Assembly: GCA_026397235.1 (NCBI GenBank)
Contig: JAPLVG010000016.1
Span: 4,121-50,980 of the forward strand
Length of the DNA: 46,860 nt
Source: Candidatus Berkelbacteria bacterium
Lineage (GTDB): Bacteria > Patescibacteriota > UBA1384 > XYA2-FULL-43-10 > CAINNR01
Direction of reading: 5' to 3'
In this document: positions 9,271 to 18,799 of the stretch, piece by piece
Layout of the letters: each line of letters begins with the position of its first letter
How positions within the stretch are numbered: position 1 is the stretch's first letter
Translations under genes and position numbers: made by a program
Notes under the pieces: generated by a model
The model's input: only the letters and a program-made list of their open reading frames with translations
Databases searched by the model: none
Told to the model about the DNA's origin: nothing

Positions 9271-11616
9271 ATGGCAAAAAAAGTAAATCACAAACCGTTT
9301 GTTCTCTGGTTTAAGGATGTCGGCAAAGACGACACTGAAGTTGTCGGTGGCAAAGGGGCGAATCTAGGTGAACTAACTCGTGGTGGTTTTCCAGTGCCAA
9401 ATGGTTTTATTGTTACGGTTGATGCTTACTATTATTTTCTAGAAAAAACAGGAATTGGTCCGGCAATTACCAAAGCGCTAAAAGGAATAAACCCTGAGGA
9501 TTCGAAAAAACTCAATTCACTATCGAAAATCATCAAAAAACATATTCTCTCGGCAAAAATGCCGGCAGAAATAGCGCTGGAAGTTGAGAAAAATTATAAA
9601 GAATTGGGCGACGTTGAGGTGGCCGTGCGTTCATCAGCTACGGCTGAAGATGGGGCAGAGGATTCTTTTGCCGGTCAGCAAATGACCTTTTTGAATACCA
9701 AAGGGCCAGCTGATGTTGTTGAGGCGTTACAAAAATGTTACGCTTCGCTATTTGAAGCCAGAGCGATTTATTATCGAGCAATCAACAACTATGACCAAAT
9801 GAAAGTTGGTCTGGCTGTACCGGTCCAGATTATGGTTCAGTCAGAAAAATCTGGGATTATGTTTACTGTTGACCCGGTAACAGGCGATACTAACAAAATT
9901 ATTATTGAAGCTGGTTATGGTTTAGGCGAGGCTATCGTTTCTGGATCAGTAACGCCTGACCGCTACATTGTTGATAAAACTACTGAGGCTGTCGTTGCCA
10001 AAGAGGTCAATAGCCAGCCCTGGAAGATTGTACGAGCAGCTGGAGGTGGTGATAAGCACGTAGCTGTACCAATGGCCGACAGAAAAGATCAAAAGATTAC
10101 TGATGCGCAAATAATAGAATTGGCCAAACTTGGGAAAAAGATAGAGGAACATTACAATTCACCGCAAGACACTGAATTTGCGATTTCAGCTGATAAAATT
10201 TATATGGTCCAATCACGGCCAATAACAGCATTAAATAAGTCATCCGTTGCCAGTGATCAGTTATCTGAGGGATCAAAAACGGAAAACGGACAACCGACAA
10301 CGGATAACGAGGTCTTACTCCATGGTGCCGCAGCATCATTGGGATCGGCAACCGGACCGGTAAAAATTATTCATAATCGCGATCAAAATGATTTAATTCA
10401 GGAAGGCGATATTTTAGTCACAGAAATGACGACGCCGGACTTTGTTCCGGCAATGAAACGGGCCAAAGGAATTATTACAGATACTGGCGGCCGAACTTGT
10501 CATGCGGCAATCGTTTCTCGCGAATTGGGGATTCCATGTGTTGTTGGTACCGGGACAGCCACCTCGAAACTAAAAACCGGGCAAATTGTAACCGTTGATG
10601 GTGCCAAAGGATTGGTTTATAAAGGTGCAATTCAAAGCTCAAATATCAAAGCTCAAAATCCAAATGATGCAACCAATCTGGCCAGGGGAAGCCAAGTATT
10701 TGAAGAAGTTCCAATCACCGGAACTAAAGTTTATGTAAATTTGGCTGAGCCAGAAGTTGCGGTTGAGGTCGCCAAATTACCAGTTGACGGCGTGGGTTTG
10801 CTCCGAGCGGAATTTATGATTGCCGGAATTGGTGAGCATCCAAAAGCTATGATTGCTGATGGGCGGGGAGAAGAGTTCACAAACAAATTGGCTCAAGGAA
10901 TTGGGCAAATTGCTGCTGCTTTTGCTCCGCGGCCAGTAATTTATCGGGCAACCGATTTTAAAACCAATGAATACAGAGGGCTCAAAGGCGGTGAAAAATA
11001 TGAAGGCCAGGAAGATAACCCAATGATTGGTATGCGTGGAGCACTTCGATATATTACCAATCCAGACGTTTTTAACTTGGAACTTGCCGCCATCAAAATT
11101 GTTCGTAATAAAATGGATTTGACCAATTTACACGTTATGATTCCATTTGTTCGAACTGTTGATGAAATGCGTAAATGTAAAGATTTGCTCGAAACTGCCG
11201 GGTTGTATCGATCGCCAGACTTTAAGCTTTGGATGATGGTTGAAGTGCCGTCCAACATCATTCTTTTGGAAAAATTCTTAGCTTTGGGTCTTGATGGCAT
11301 TTCGCTTGGGACGAATGACCTAACACAACTAACTCTTGGAGTCGATCGCGACAATCAAGAATTGGCAAAATCATTCGATGAGCGCGATGAAGCGATTTCT
11401 TTGTCGGTTGAATATGTAATCAAAACTTGTCGGGCGCACGGAGTTACAATTTCAGTTTGCGGCCAAGCGCCATCGATTTATCCAGAATTTACCGAACTAA
11501 TGGTTCGAAACGGCGCAACTTCGGTTTCAGTAACGCCGGACGTGGCAATCCAAACCCGAAAAATTATCGCTTCGGTTGAAAAGCGTTTATTGATGCAAAA
11601 TATTATTGACCGCTAG
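9271..11616 (+). CDS. ppsA: phosphoenolpyruvate synthase
   Basis: VGGKGANLGE, AVRSSATAED, QSRPIT, GGRTCHAAIVSRELG (phospho-His), GTNDLTQ. Confidence 0.97.
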   Translation: MAKKVNHKPFVLWFKDVGKDDTEVVGGKGANLGELTRGGFPVPNGFIVTVDAYYYFLEKTGIGPAITKALKGINPEDSKKLNSLSKIIKKHILSAKMPAEIALEVEKNYKELGDVEVAVRSSATAEDGAEDSFAGQQMTFLNTKGPADVVEALQKCYASLFEARAIYYRAINNYDQMKVGLAVPVQIMVQSEKSGIMFTVDPVTGDTNKIIIEAGYGLGEAIVSGSVTPDRYIVDKTTEAVVAKEVNSQPWKIVRAAGGGDKHVAVPMADRKDQKITDAQIIELAKLGKKIEEHYNSPQDTEFAISADKIYMVQSRPITALNKSSVASDQLSEGSKTENGQPTTDNEVLLHGAAASLGSATGPVKIIHNRDQNDLIQEGDILVTEMTTPDFVPAMKRAKGIITDTGGRTCHAAIVSRELGIPCVVGTGTATSKLKTGQIVTVDGAKGLVYKGAIQSSNIKAQNPNDATNLARGSQVFEEVPITGTKVYVNLAEPEVAVEVAKLPVDGVGLLRAEFMIAGIGEHPKAMIADGRGEEFTNKLAQGIGQIAAAFAPRPVIYRATDFKTNEYRGLKGGEKYEGQEDNPMIGMRGALRYITNPDVFNLELAAIKIVRNKMDLTNLHVMIPFVRTVDEMRKCKDLLETAGLYRSPDFKLWMMVEVPSNIILLEKFLALGLDGISLGTNDLTQLTLGVDRDNQELAKSFDERDEAISLSVEYVIKTCRAHGVTISVCGQAPSIYPEFTELMVRNGATSVSVTPDVAIQTRKIIASVEKRLLMQNIIDR

Positions 11617-11627
11617 AAAATAATATC

Positions 11628-11668
11628 GAAGAAACTACACAGACAATTACACAGAATAAACACAGAAA
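11628..11668. repeat. left half of a CACAGA element
   Basis: 36 bp identical to 5386-5421. The TCTGTG arm is absent. Confidence 0.8.
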
Positions 11669-11706
11669 AATCCCCCTTTGCATGCGGATTTTTTAGTAGC
11701 AGTGAA

Positions 11707-11997
11707 TTAGTCGTTGATAAATAAGCTGTGAAGCAGAATAAAAAGCACCGTACATATGCTGACGATGATAGAAATGGTGACAAAAACAGAGCGCTCTTTT
11801 TTTACCCAAACTGCCAGTATTCCGGTGACTAGGGCAATGATACTGGCTGGGAATGAAACTGCGCATGTCACATCCCACCAGTGATCATTGAAATTAAGCA
11901 GGCCAAATACCTTAACCAATAAAACCGAAACGATCATTGCGACCAGGAAAAAGGCATTTAACCCAACCGACCATTTACCTAGCGTAGTTTTTGGTAT
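11707..11997 (-). CDS. small membrane protein (about 3 TM), apparent ATA start
   Basis: Frame extends to (I/M)PKTTLGKWSVGLNAFFLVAM... directly after a GGAGG RBS. Hydrophobic helices. Confidence 0.65.
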   Translation of the reverse strand: MPKTTLGKWSVGLNAFFLVAMIVSVLLVKVFGLLNFNDHWWDVTCAVSFPASIIALVTGILAVWVKKERSVFVTISIIVSICTVLFILLHSLFIND

Positions 11998-12110
11998 AGC
12001 TCCTCCTTGATTATATTATCTCAATTGTACTACTTTTTGGCGAAACGCTAAGCGTTTCAATCGCCACGCTAAATGTGGCGGGACAGTCAGGTCTGGAATT
12101 TTTATGTTTT

Positions 12111-12887
12111 TTACTTGATGGCATAAAAGATCAATCCAATCGGATGATCTTTGTATTCAGAAAATCTAGGGCTTTCTTTTAACAACTGTTTTGTCAATTC
12201 GGGTTCAATAATTTTTTTGACAGAGAAACCAGCGACTGTGAGTTGATTAAAATAATCAGATAGCGGGCGCTGGTAATGGTCTATCTCAAACTCTTCTTCA
12301 TATTGCTTTGAAAGCTCGGGGTTGGTTTTGCTGTCGGCGCCCATAATATATTTTGCATACCCGCGTCGAAAATAATTGCCTAATCCCTGCATTTTTTTTG
12401 ATTTTTTGCCAACTTGTTCTTGGGCAAAAACAAACAAATCCCATGATGGATGGGTAACAGAAAAAATAAAAGTGCTGTTGTTTTTTAAAACCCGATAGGC
12501 CTCTTCAATCGGAGTTTTTATATTTTCAACTTCATTTAGCATCATATTGGAATAAACAACATCAACACTACCACTATCAACCTTCCACCTTTTTGTCATG
12601 TCTTGCTCAAGGTAAGATATCCTTTTGTCGTCACATTTTTCTTTTGCATTTTCTAAATTGTGTCCAGAAATATCAGCCATGAGTAATGATTTTGGACTGT
12701 GAGAAATAAATTTTGGCGCTAAATAGCCGTTACCACAACCAAGATCAATGATCACCTTTTTATCTAAAGAACCAATCAAATCAAGCATTATTGGATCGAG
12801 TATTAATCTTTTGTAAATTTCACCCGTTTTGCCGGCTCTTTTATTCCAATATGTCGCAAACTTTCTGTCTTGATACAATGATTTCAT
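12111..12887 (-). CDS. class I SAM-dependent methyltransferase
   Basis: IIDLGCGNG motif I, ADIS, VDVVYSNMML, FSVTHP, HYQRPLSDY. Confidence 0.9.
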   Translation of the reverse strand: MKSLYQDRKFATYWNKRAGKTGEIYKRLILDPIMLDLIGSLDKKVIIDLGCGNGYLAPKFISHSPKSLLMADISGHNLENAKEKCDDKRISYLEQDMTKRWKVDSGSVDVVYSNMMLNEVENIKTPIEEAYRVLKNNSTFIFSVTHPSWDLFVFAQEQVGKKSKKMQGLGNYFRRGYAKYIMGADSKTNPELSKQYEEEFEIDHYQRPLSDYFNQLTVAGFSVKKIIEPELTKQLLKESPRFSEYKDHPIGLIFYAIK

Positions 12888-13099
12888 AAGTTTTTATTAT
12901 CATTTATTAAATTGGCGGGACACGTGGGTCTGGCACATTATCAACCCCTTTGTCCCTTTCCATTGGCTAATTTTTACATTACCAGATTTGCCCTCAAAAT
13001 GGAATAAAGCTGGCAATTTGAGTGGGTTTGTGGTGTTGTATCATTTTAGTTTTGCAGATCCAAAAAATCCTGTTTTCGAAGATATCTTAATCAATAATC

Positions 13100-13134
13100 A
13101 AAAAAAGGTGCCCGAACCAGCTTGGTTCGGGCAC
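13100..13134 (-). terminator. intrinsic terminator
   Basis: GTGCCCGAACCA-GCT-TGGTTCGGGCAC hairpin followed by a T-tract on the minus strand. Confidence 0.85.
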
Positions 13135-13145
13135 AATGTCGCAAT

Positions 13146-13964
13146 CTATTCCTTCCGCGAGGCGAAGTCCAGCAACTGTTGGACTTCGGGGGTCAGCGGA
13201 TACTCAGGCTCGTCGGGGGCCTCGAGAATGGAGCGCATCAGCGCGACTCCCTTGGCCGCCACTACCTCGGGGGCGGCATCCGAGGCGTCGAAGGGGCAAA
13301 AGACGCGGTACAACTGCCCCGTCTCCTCCCATTCGCGGAGGAGATACGGGAGGTTATTCCACCCGTACTCCAGGTCGAATCCCCCCGAGCAAAAGCCTGG
13401 GTTGATCGAGCGGGCCGCACCTATGTACAGGCGGGCCACCTCCATCAACTCATCCAGATTTTCCGCGGGGCGAAGGTTGCTGGCCAGACGGCGTACGGAC
13501 ACGCCGATGCCCAACACTTCCCCCAGGTGCAATTTGACCCGTGTCTGGTCAAACTGGACCTGGGCCATCGCAAACGCCTTTCGGGCGTCCGCGAAGGCCA
13601 TCAGCTCTTTCGCCGCCGGTGATGCAAGCCAGCCGGTAATGTCCTCTTGGGACATCGCCACCGCGGCATCGCCCCGCTTGGGGTCGAAGACGCGGACGAC
13701 CGGAAGCTCCTCTTCCGGCTCATTTCCTATCTCCGGCGTGACGAGGCCGAGTGCCGCGACCAGCCGGAGCTGGTCCACCTTGTTACAAGCAGGCACGGCC
13801 CCAGTCAAGACTGGGGAGGTCAAATAGCTGTTGTCCCGTGACACCAGCTCCATGGCCTCCCGGATTTCCCAGGGCTCGAAATCGCCCTGGATTACTAGCC
13901 CTCGCGAGGCGATCCTCGCGAGTTCGATTACTGTCAAGGTCTCCGTGCCCATGTACTTTTTCAT
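13146..13964 (-). CDS. hypothetical protein (markedly GC-rich, 272 aa)
   Basis: Long ORF with AAGGAG RBS, GC3-rich codons and own terminator. Confidence 0.75.
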   Translation of the reverse strand: MKKYMGTETLTVIELARIASRGLVIQGDFEPWEIREAMELVSRDNSYLTSPVLTGAVPACNKVDQLRLVAALGLVTPEIGNEPEEELPVVRVFDPKRGDAAVAMSQEDITGWLASPAAKELMAFADARKAFAMAQVQFDQTRVKLHLGEVLGIGVSVRRLASNLRPAENLDELMEVARLYIGAARSINPGFCSGGFDLEYGWNNLPYLLREWEETGQLYRVFCPFDASDAAPEVVAAKGVALMRSILEAPDEPEYPLTPEVQQLLDFASRKE

Positions 13965-14500
13965 CTCTTCCGTCTCCTTTATTAGGGAGAATTCGCTCCT
14001 TTAATAGGGAGCCTCTGAAAAGAACTAAAGTCCCGTTCAGCTTCCCGCTTGAAATTTTTTTAAGCAGAATGCTGAACAGGAGACACACAGAAGACATGAG
14101 AGAATTATCGCGAATTTAAGCAATTAAGTTCAGTTGTCGATCAGCAAGCGGCGTGAATCAGCGCCAGATCAGTATGCACCACTTGAGATTAATCACTTGT
14201 ATTGGTCTAAATTGTTAATGTGCTCGATCCTGACTCTTCACTGTATCAGAAAAAGCTTAAAAAGTCAAGTAGGTCGAGCTTAATTTACATAGAAAAATAG
14301 AACATTAAGCCGATTTAGAGAAAAGTCCCAAAGTAGTGAGCTTTTTAGCTTCATTCAAAAAGTTCCAGACCCAGGTGCGGTCTTTGAGGCAACCACCAAA
14401 ACAAGCGAGTTTGCAACCAAAAAAGACCCCGAAAGGTCTTACCCTGTTTTACTCTCATTCTTACCCTTATTTGAGCGTAAAAAAAGTCCCAAACTTTATC

Positions 14501-14590
14501 TGGCGGAGAGAGTGGGATTTGAACCCACGGTACGGTTTCCCGCACACAGACTTTCCAGGTCTGCCTGTTAAACCACTCCAGCATCTCTCC
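14501..14590 (-). tRNA. tRNA-Ser(GGA)
   Basis: GGAGAGA acceptor stem, CAGAC-CT-GGA-AA-GTCTG anticodon arm, long variable arm, GGTTCAAATCC T-arm, G73 plus CCA. Confidence 0.97.
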
Positions 14591-14759
14591 ACTAGCAAAA
14601 TATTATCACATTTGAGCTCAGAAATCCAGGTAAGGTTTTTCTTCAAATAATTTTTTATTGGTAATTTCGTGATCCATTGGTAATTTAGTAGGGATCACAA
14701 CATTTCCTGTTGCGATAAAAAAAGCCCGGCGCTGCTACGCGTCGGGCAAAGTGATCGGA

Positions 14760-15161
14760 TCAGCGGAATGTCATTGCCGCTTGTTGCGGCTTGACCGATC
14801 TGGTTGGCGTCGGCGGTATCACCGGCGGAGTGATGATCGGTAGCGTGGTTTTGGCCCGTCGCTTGGCTCTGACGACGGCGCTGGGCCGGCGACCATTTTC
14901 GCGTCGCTCACTGCGAAGAAATTTTGCAGTGCATTCAACGTCGTCCGGGAAGGCAGATTTTCCCATTCTCCTGGCGCAACTGCAAGCCTGTATTTTGGCT
15001 TGAGTTTCGGTTTCATCATTGTGTCCATCAACTATTGATGTTACCGATTGCTGGATCACTTGTTCGCCACCAGACTTCTTATTCTCGGGAAATTCCGGGT
15101 GATAAACACGGTAGATGATCGCGAAGGTGATGGTCGGCTCTGACTTTTCCAGCGGAATCAC
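14760..15161 (-). CDS. hypothetical protein (ORFan)
   Basis: 133-aa ORF with AAGGA before the start, TTGACA promoter-like sequence upstream and hairpin terminator at 14717-14747. Confidence 0.55.
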   Translation of the reverse strand: MIPLEKSEPTITFAIIYRVYHPEFPENKKSGGEQVIQQSVTSIVDGHNDETETQAKIQACSCARRMGKSAFPDDVECTAKFLRSERRENGRRPSAVVRAKRRAKTTLPIITPPVIPPTPTRSVKPQQAAMTFR

Positions 15162-15265
15162 ATCCTTTGGCGGAATTTATACTGTAAATAATAACACAAA
15201 TGACATCATTTTGTCAAGTTGATGAAAAAATATCGGTGCGGTATAATTAAATCAATCAAACCCGC

Positions 15266-15397
15266 TGTCATCCTCGCCCCGTAATCTCAGGGGTAAACTC
15301 CGGCGGGCCGTTCGAGGCTCTGAGGAGCCCTCAAGCTCTCGAAGAGGATCCACTAAGGAATTACTATCAGTAGATTCCCGACTGCTCGGGAATGACA
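15266..15397. repeat. composite REP-like element TGTCATCC...GGGAATGACA with internal insertion
   Basis: Terminal TGTCAT/ATGACA, sub-hairpins CCCC/GGGG and TTCCCGA/TCGGGAA, and an inner TCGAG..CTCGA segment. Confidence 0.6.
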
Positions 15398-15430
15398 AAA
15401 GAATTAATTTGAAAGGACAGAAGGAAAATC

Positions 15431-15985
15431 ATGGAAACGAAACAGGATTTACTAAAAGCTATGGCTGGGGAATCTTTGGCTCGCAACAAATATACTTATT
15501 TTGCTGAGCAGGCAGAAAAGGAGGGGTTAATTTGGATATCAAAAGTTTTTCTTGAGACGGCTGACAATGAACGAGCACATGCACAAGAAGAATTTGAACA
15601 AATTAGTGAAGACACCGAAATGACCAATACTTATGGAATCGGTCCGCTAGCGAAAACTTTGGAAAATTTGCGTCACGCTGCTGAAGGCGAAAAGTTTGAA
15701 TATACACAAATGTATCCCGGTTTTCAAAAAGTTGCCGAGGATGAAGGCGACGCCGCTGCGGCAAAATTATTCAAAGAAATCAAAGAAGTTGAAGAAAAAC
15801 ATTGCGAGCGATATACAAAATTAGTTGATCTTTTGGAAGCTGGAAAACTTTATAAATCAGAGACTGAAATTGAGTGGAAATGTTTGAATTGCGGTTACAT
15901 TCACAAAGGCACCGAAGCCCCGGAAAATTGTCCGCTGTGCAAAAAACCACAGGGCTGGTATATGGGAATTGGGATTGTACGATAA
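15431..15985 (+). CDS. rbr: rubrerythrin
   Basis: AGESLARNKY, NERAHA and EEKH diiron ligands; C-terminal WKCLNCGY...CPLC rubredoxin knuckles. Confidence 0.93.
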   Translation: METKQDLLKAMAGESLARNKYTYFAEQAEKEGLIWISKVFLETADNERAHAQEEFEQISEDTEMTNTYGIGPLAKTLENLRHAAEGEKFEYTQMYPGFQKVAEDEGDAAAAKLFKEIKEVEEKHCERYTKLVDLLEAGKLYKSETEIEWKCLNCGYIHKGTEAPENCPLCKKPQGWYMGIGIVR

Positions 15986-16016
15986 TTTAAAATTTTTAAT
16001 TTTCAATTTAAAATTA

Positions 16017-16970
16017 ATGACCGAAAAAATACTAGTCACTGATGCGCTAGATCCGGATCTCGACGGCACAGCTTGCATTGTTGCCTATAGTGAATTTTTG
16101 CGAGCGAAGGGCCAAAGTATCGAGACTCTAATTTTTGGTACTCCACAAGAGGAATCGGCTTTTGTTTTAGAAAAATTGGGTATCGAAATTCCAAACGGTG
16201 ATGATCTAAATCTTGATTTTGATCAAATAATCCTCGTTGATACCAGCGGCGCTAGATGGTTGTCGAAAAAAATTGATCCAGCTAAAGTCTGCGAAGTAAT
16301 TGACCACCGCGAAGTTGCTGACACCGGTGATTTCCCTAATGCCAAAATTCAGCTGGAAATGGTTGGTTCCTGTGCAACTTTAATTGCTGAAAAGTTTATA
16401 GCGGCAAAAATTGTTCCATCTGAAAAATCAGCCATCATTTTGTACGCTGCTATCATATCCAACACTATTAATTTTAAAAATAAAGTAACGACCAAGCGGG
16501 ATAAAAAAGCCGCCAAGTGGCTTGTTGATTTGTATGGAATTTCTGATGAAATAATTCATCAAATGTTTGAGTATAAATCGGACGTAAAATTATCAATCAA
16601 ACAAATATTTCAAAGCCAAATTGGCTGCCACACATTTGTTGACAAAAAAGTTTCAACTTTTCAGCTGGAAATTATCGGTGTAAAAGAATTTATCACTAAC
16701 AATCTGAATGAGATTAAAAAAGAATTAATATTGATTGCGGCCAATGAGGACTATTTTTGCACATTATTCACTTGTGTTGATATTGAGCTAGGCAACAACA
16801 CTTTTGTTGTGGCTGATAAGAAGTCAGAGGATGTTGTTGCTGGAGCTCTTGGGGTAGAATTTAAGAATGGAATTGCCCACTATCCGCATGTTATAATGAG
16901 AAAAGAAATTTTACCGAAAATTAAGAACTATTTAGAAAATAGATCTCTCGACTCACTCGAGATGACATAA
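16017..16970 (+). CDS. ppaC: Mn-dependent inorganic pyrophosphatase (DHH/DHHA2 family), somewhat degenerate
   Basis: PDLDG, ILVD, IDHR, VGSCATLI, IISNT, MRKEILP. Confidence 0.75.
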   Translation: MTEKILVTDALDPDLDGTACIVAYSEFLRAKGQSIETLIFGTPQEESAFVLEKLGIEIPNGDDLNLDFDQIILVDTSGARWLSKKIDPAKVCEVIDHREVADTGDFPNAKIQLEMVGSCATLIAEKFIAAKIVPSEKSAIILYAAIISNTINFKNKVTTKRDKKAAKWLVDLYGISDEIIHQMFEYKSDVKLSIKQIFQSQIGCHTFVDKKVSTFQLEIIGVKEFITNNLNEIKKELILIAANEDYFCTLFTCVDIELGNNTFVVADKKSEDVVAGALGVEFKNGIAHYPHVIMRKEILPKIKNYLENRSLDSLEMT

Positions 16971-16987
16971 AAAAAAGGTAGGGGAAA

Positions 16988-18023
16988 ATGCGGAAATTAA
17001 TTGGATTGGTCTCTATTGGCGCCATGATTTTATCAATGTGCGCTTTTTTGTTTGCATTACCGGAATCAGTTAGTGCGGTTGCTCCATCATACCCGGACCA
17101 GGGTTGCGTTAATGGTGTAAACAATTCCGGACTTTACATCTATGCCGACCGATCACAATCCAACGGTAGTTTTCACCCCGACATTTAATTGGCTAAATGC
17201 CGTATCTGTCCGGATTAAAGGTACAAATCCAACTGGTACGCCGCGCGTTCAGGCGCAAATTTGGGATTGGCATTCAAATCCTCACCGATTGCTGGCGATG
17301 AATACGGTCGAGTTGGTGAATCGCACAAGCGAGTATTGGCAGCCTATCACTGAGTCTTCGCAAGATATGGATCCTGGCTTGCAATACGCACTGGTTTTGG
17401 TGCCAAAAGATGGAACACAAGTTTATTGGTCGGCAACTATAACTACCTCCTGCTATGCTCGTGGTTATGCAATGCACGATGGTATACAGGATAATGGTAT
17501 GATGTACGGTTTTTCAACTTATGGTTGGCTTGATCCAAACAATCCGAATAGTAATGGTCAACTTCCCGGTAGCAGTAGCGGAACGAGCGGAACTACTGGC
17601 AGTGCTGGCACGACGGGTAATACCGGTGCCGGAGCGCCGACTGCTGATCCGGCAGGAAATAATCCGACTGGGGTTGGATCATCTAGTAGTACCGGTTCGG
17701 GAACATCTGGTAGCGGAAGTTCTCCATCAAATAGCTCAAATTCTCCGAGTGATAAAGATATTGCAGCACTTTTGGCTGATTACAAAAATGGGTCTGGTGG
17801 TTTTGGCGATTTAGTAAGTGGATTGTTCTTCAGTCCAATAGTTACAATGATAATTCTGCCAATACTCTCGTTTTTGTTCTGGGCTGGCGTTATTATCTTA
17901 ATTATTATTCTGATCGTTCGACACAATAAAAAGAAAAAATTAACCGTAGCAGTAGCACCAGCAGTGACTCCAGTATCACCAGTAAAACCGGAAGAAAAAA
18001 AATCTGAACCAGAGAAAAAATAA
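16988..18023 (+). CDS. secreted, membrane-anchored protein with Gly/Ser-rich linker (one frameshift near 17170)
   Basis: Signal-peptide ORF 16988-17188 joins ORF 17142-18023 if one T is removed from GGTAGTTTTCACC. C-terminal TM followed by a basic tail. Confidence 0.7.
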
Positions 18024-18096
18024 AATTGATCTATTTACCTTGACCGATAAAGATTTTTCGGCTATTTTAATTGTATCCTTGAAAGGGGAAATATAA

Positions 18097-18741
18097 GTGC
18101 AACACAAATCAGCCAAGTTTCCCCGTAGAGAACTGAGTTGTCCATGTCCATGTCGTTATTTTCAGATCCACCGCTCCACGAATTCAACTGTGCCTTTGGG
18201 ATATTGCTGGAAAAGGCAGGTTGAGATTACTTTTTGCTCCGAACTATGCACAAATTGTCCAAGTTTCGTCTATGGGCTATTCCAGAACAGCATGGTCAAA
18301 TTGCCAGCGAATCGCTCCGTCATTGTTATGATATATAACAGCGATGGACGGGATAAGGATCTACCCAATCTCTTTACTTGGGAGATGTGGCAGAGTTTTG
18401 GGCAGAAAGTGGAGGCTTGGTACAGGGGTATCTCCGCAGTGAGTGAAAAGCATTCAAGGTCATATGCCGCCGAATTGTTGTCACTCCCTGCCTGCGATTT
18501 GGCGCTTGCCGATCACAAACTACCCCCAGCCAAACCAAAGGAGAATATCTATGGATATTTTCTTCGGGTTTGCCCGTCTCATTATCGTCAAGCAAGTCGG
18601 GCGGAGCAGATGATAACTGAAACCTTTGAGGTTGCTCTTGATGATTTCATCAAGACACGGGAAACAGAGTTGCATTTGAAAAGCGTTATAGCTAAAGCTC
18701 AAGGCCTGCGCAGAGCTGGAAAAACTCCCGACGACTTGTAG
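18097..18741 (+). CDS. hypothetical protein with Cys-rich N-terminus
   Basis: 214-aa ORF containing CPCPC, YC and CSELCTNC; purine-rich RBS before GTG. Confidence 0.6.
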   Translation: MQHKSAKFPRRELSCPCPCRYFQIHRSTNSTVPLGYCWKRQVEITFCSELCTNCPSFVYGLFQNSMVKLPANRSVIVMIYNSDGRDKDLPNLFTWEMWQSFGQKVEAWYRGISAVSEKHSRSYAAELLSLPACDLALADHKLPPAKPKENIYGYFLRVCPSHYRQASRAEQMITETFEVALDDFIKTRETELHLKSVIAKAQGLRRAGKTPDDL

Positions 18742-18799
18742 CTGAGTTGTCGGTTTTTTATATAGGCAAATATGACTAAAATATGCTAAATTAAGCAAT

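Noticed and set aside
12988-14119. Several long plus-strand ORFs (279, 166, 122 aa)
   Set aside because: Shadow ORFs of the GC-rich minus-strand gene 13146-13964, which has the RBS and terminator.
11670-14500. Integrative element or prophage at tRNA-Ser
   Set aside because: No integrase, no phage genes and no convincing duplication of the tRNA 3' end beyond TGGCGG.
14336-14650. ORFs overlapping 14501-14590
   Set aside because: They overlap the tRNA-Ser gene and are spurious translations.
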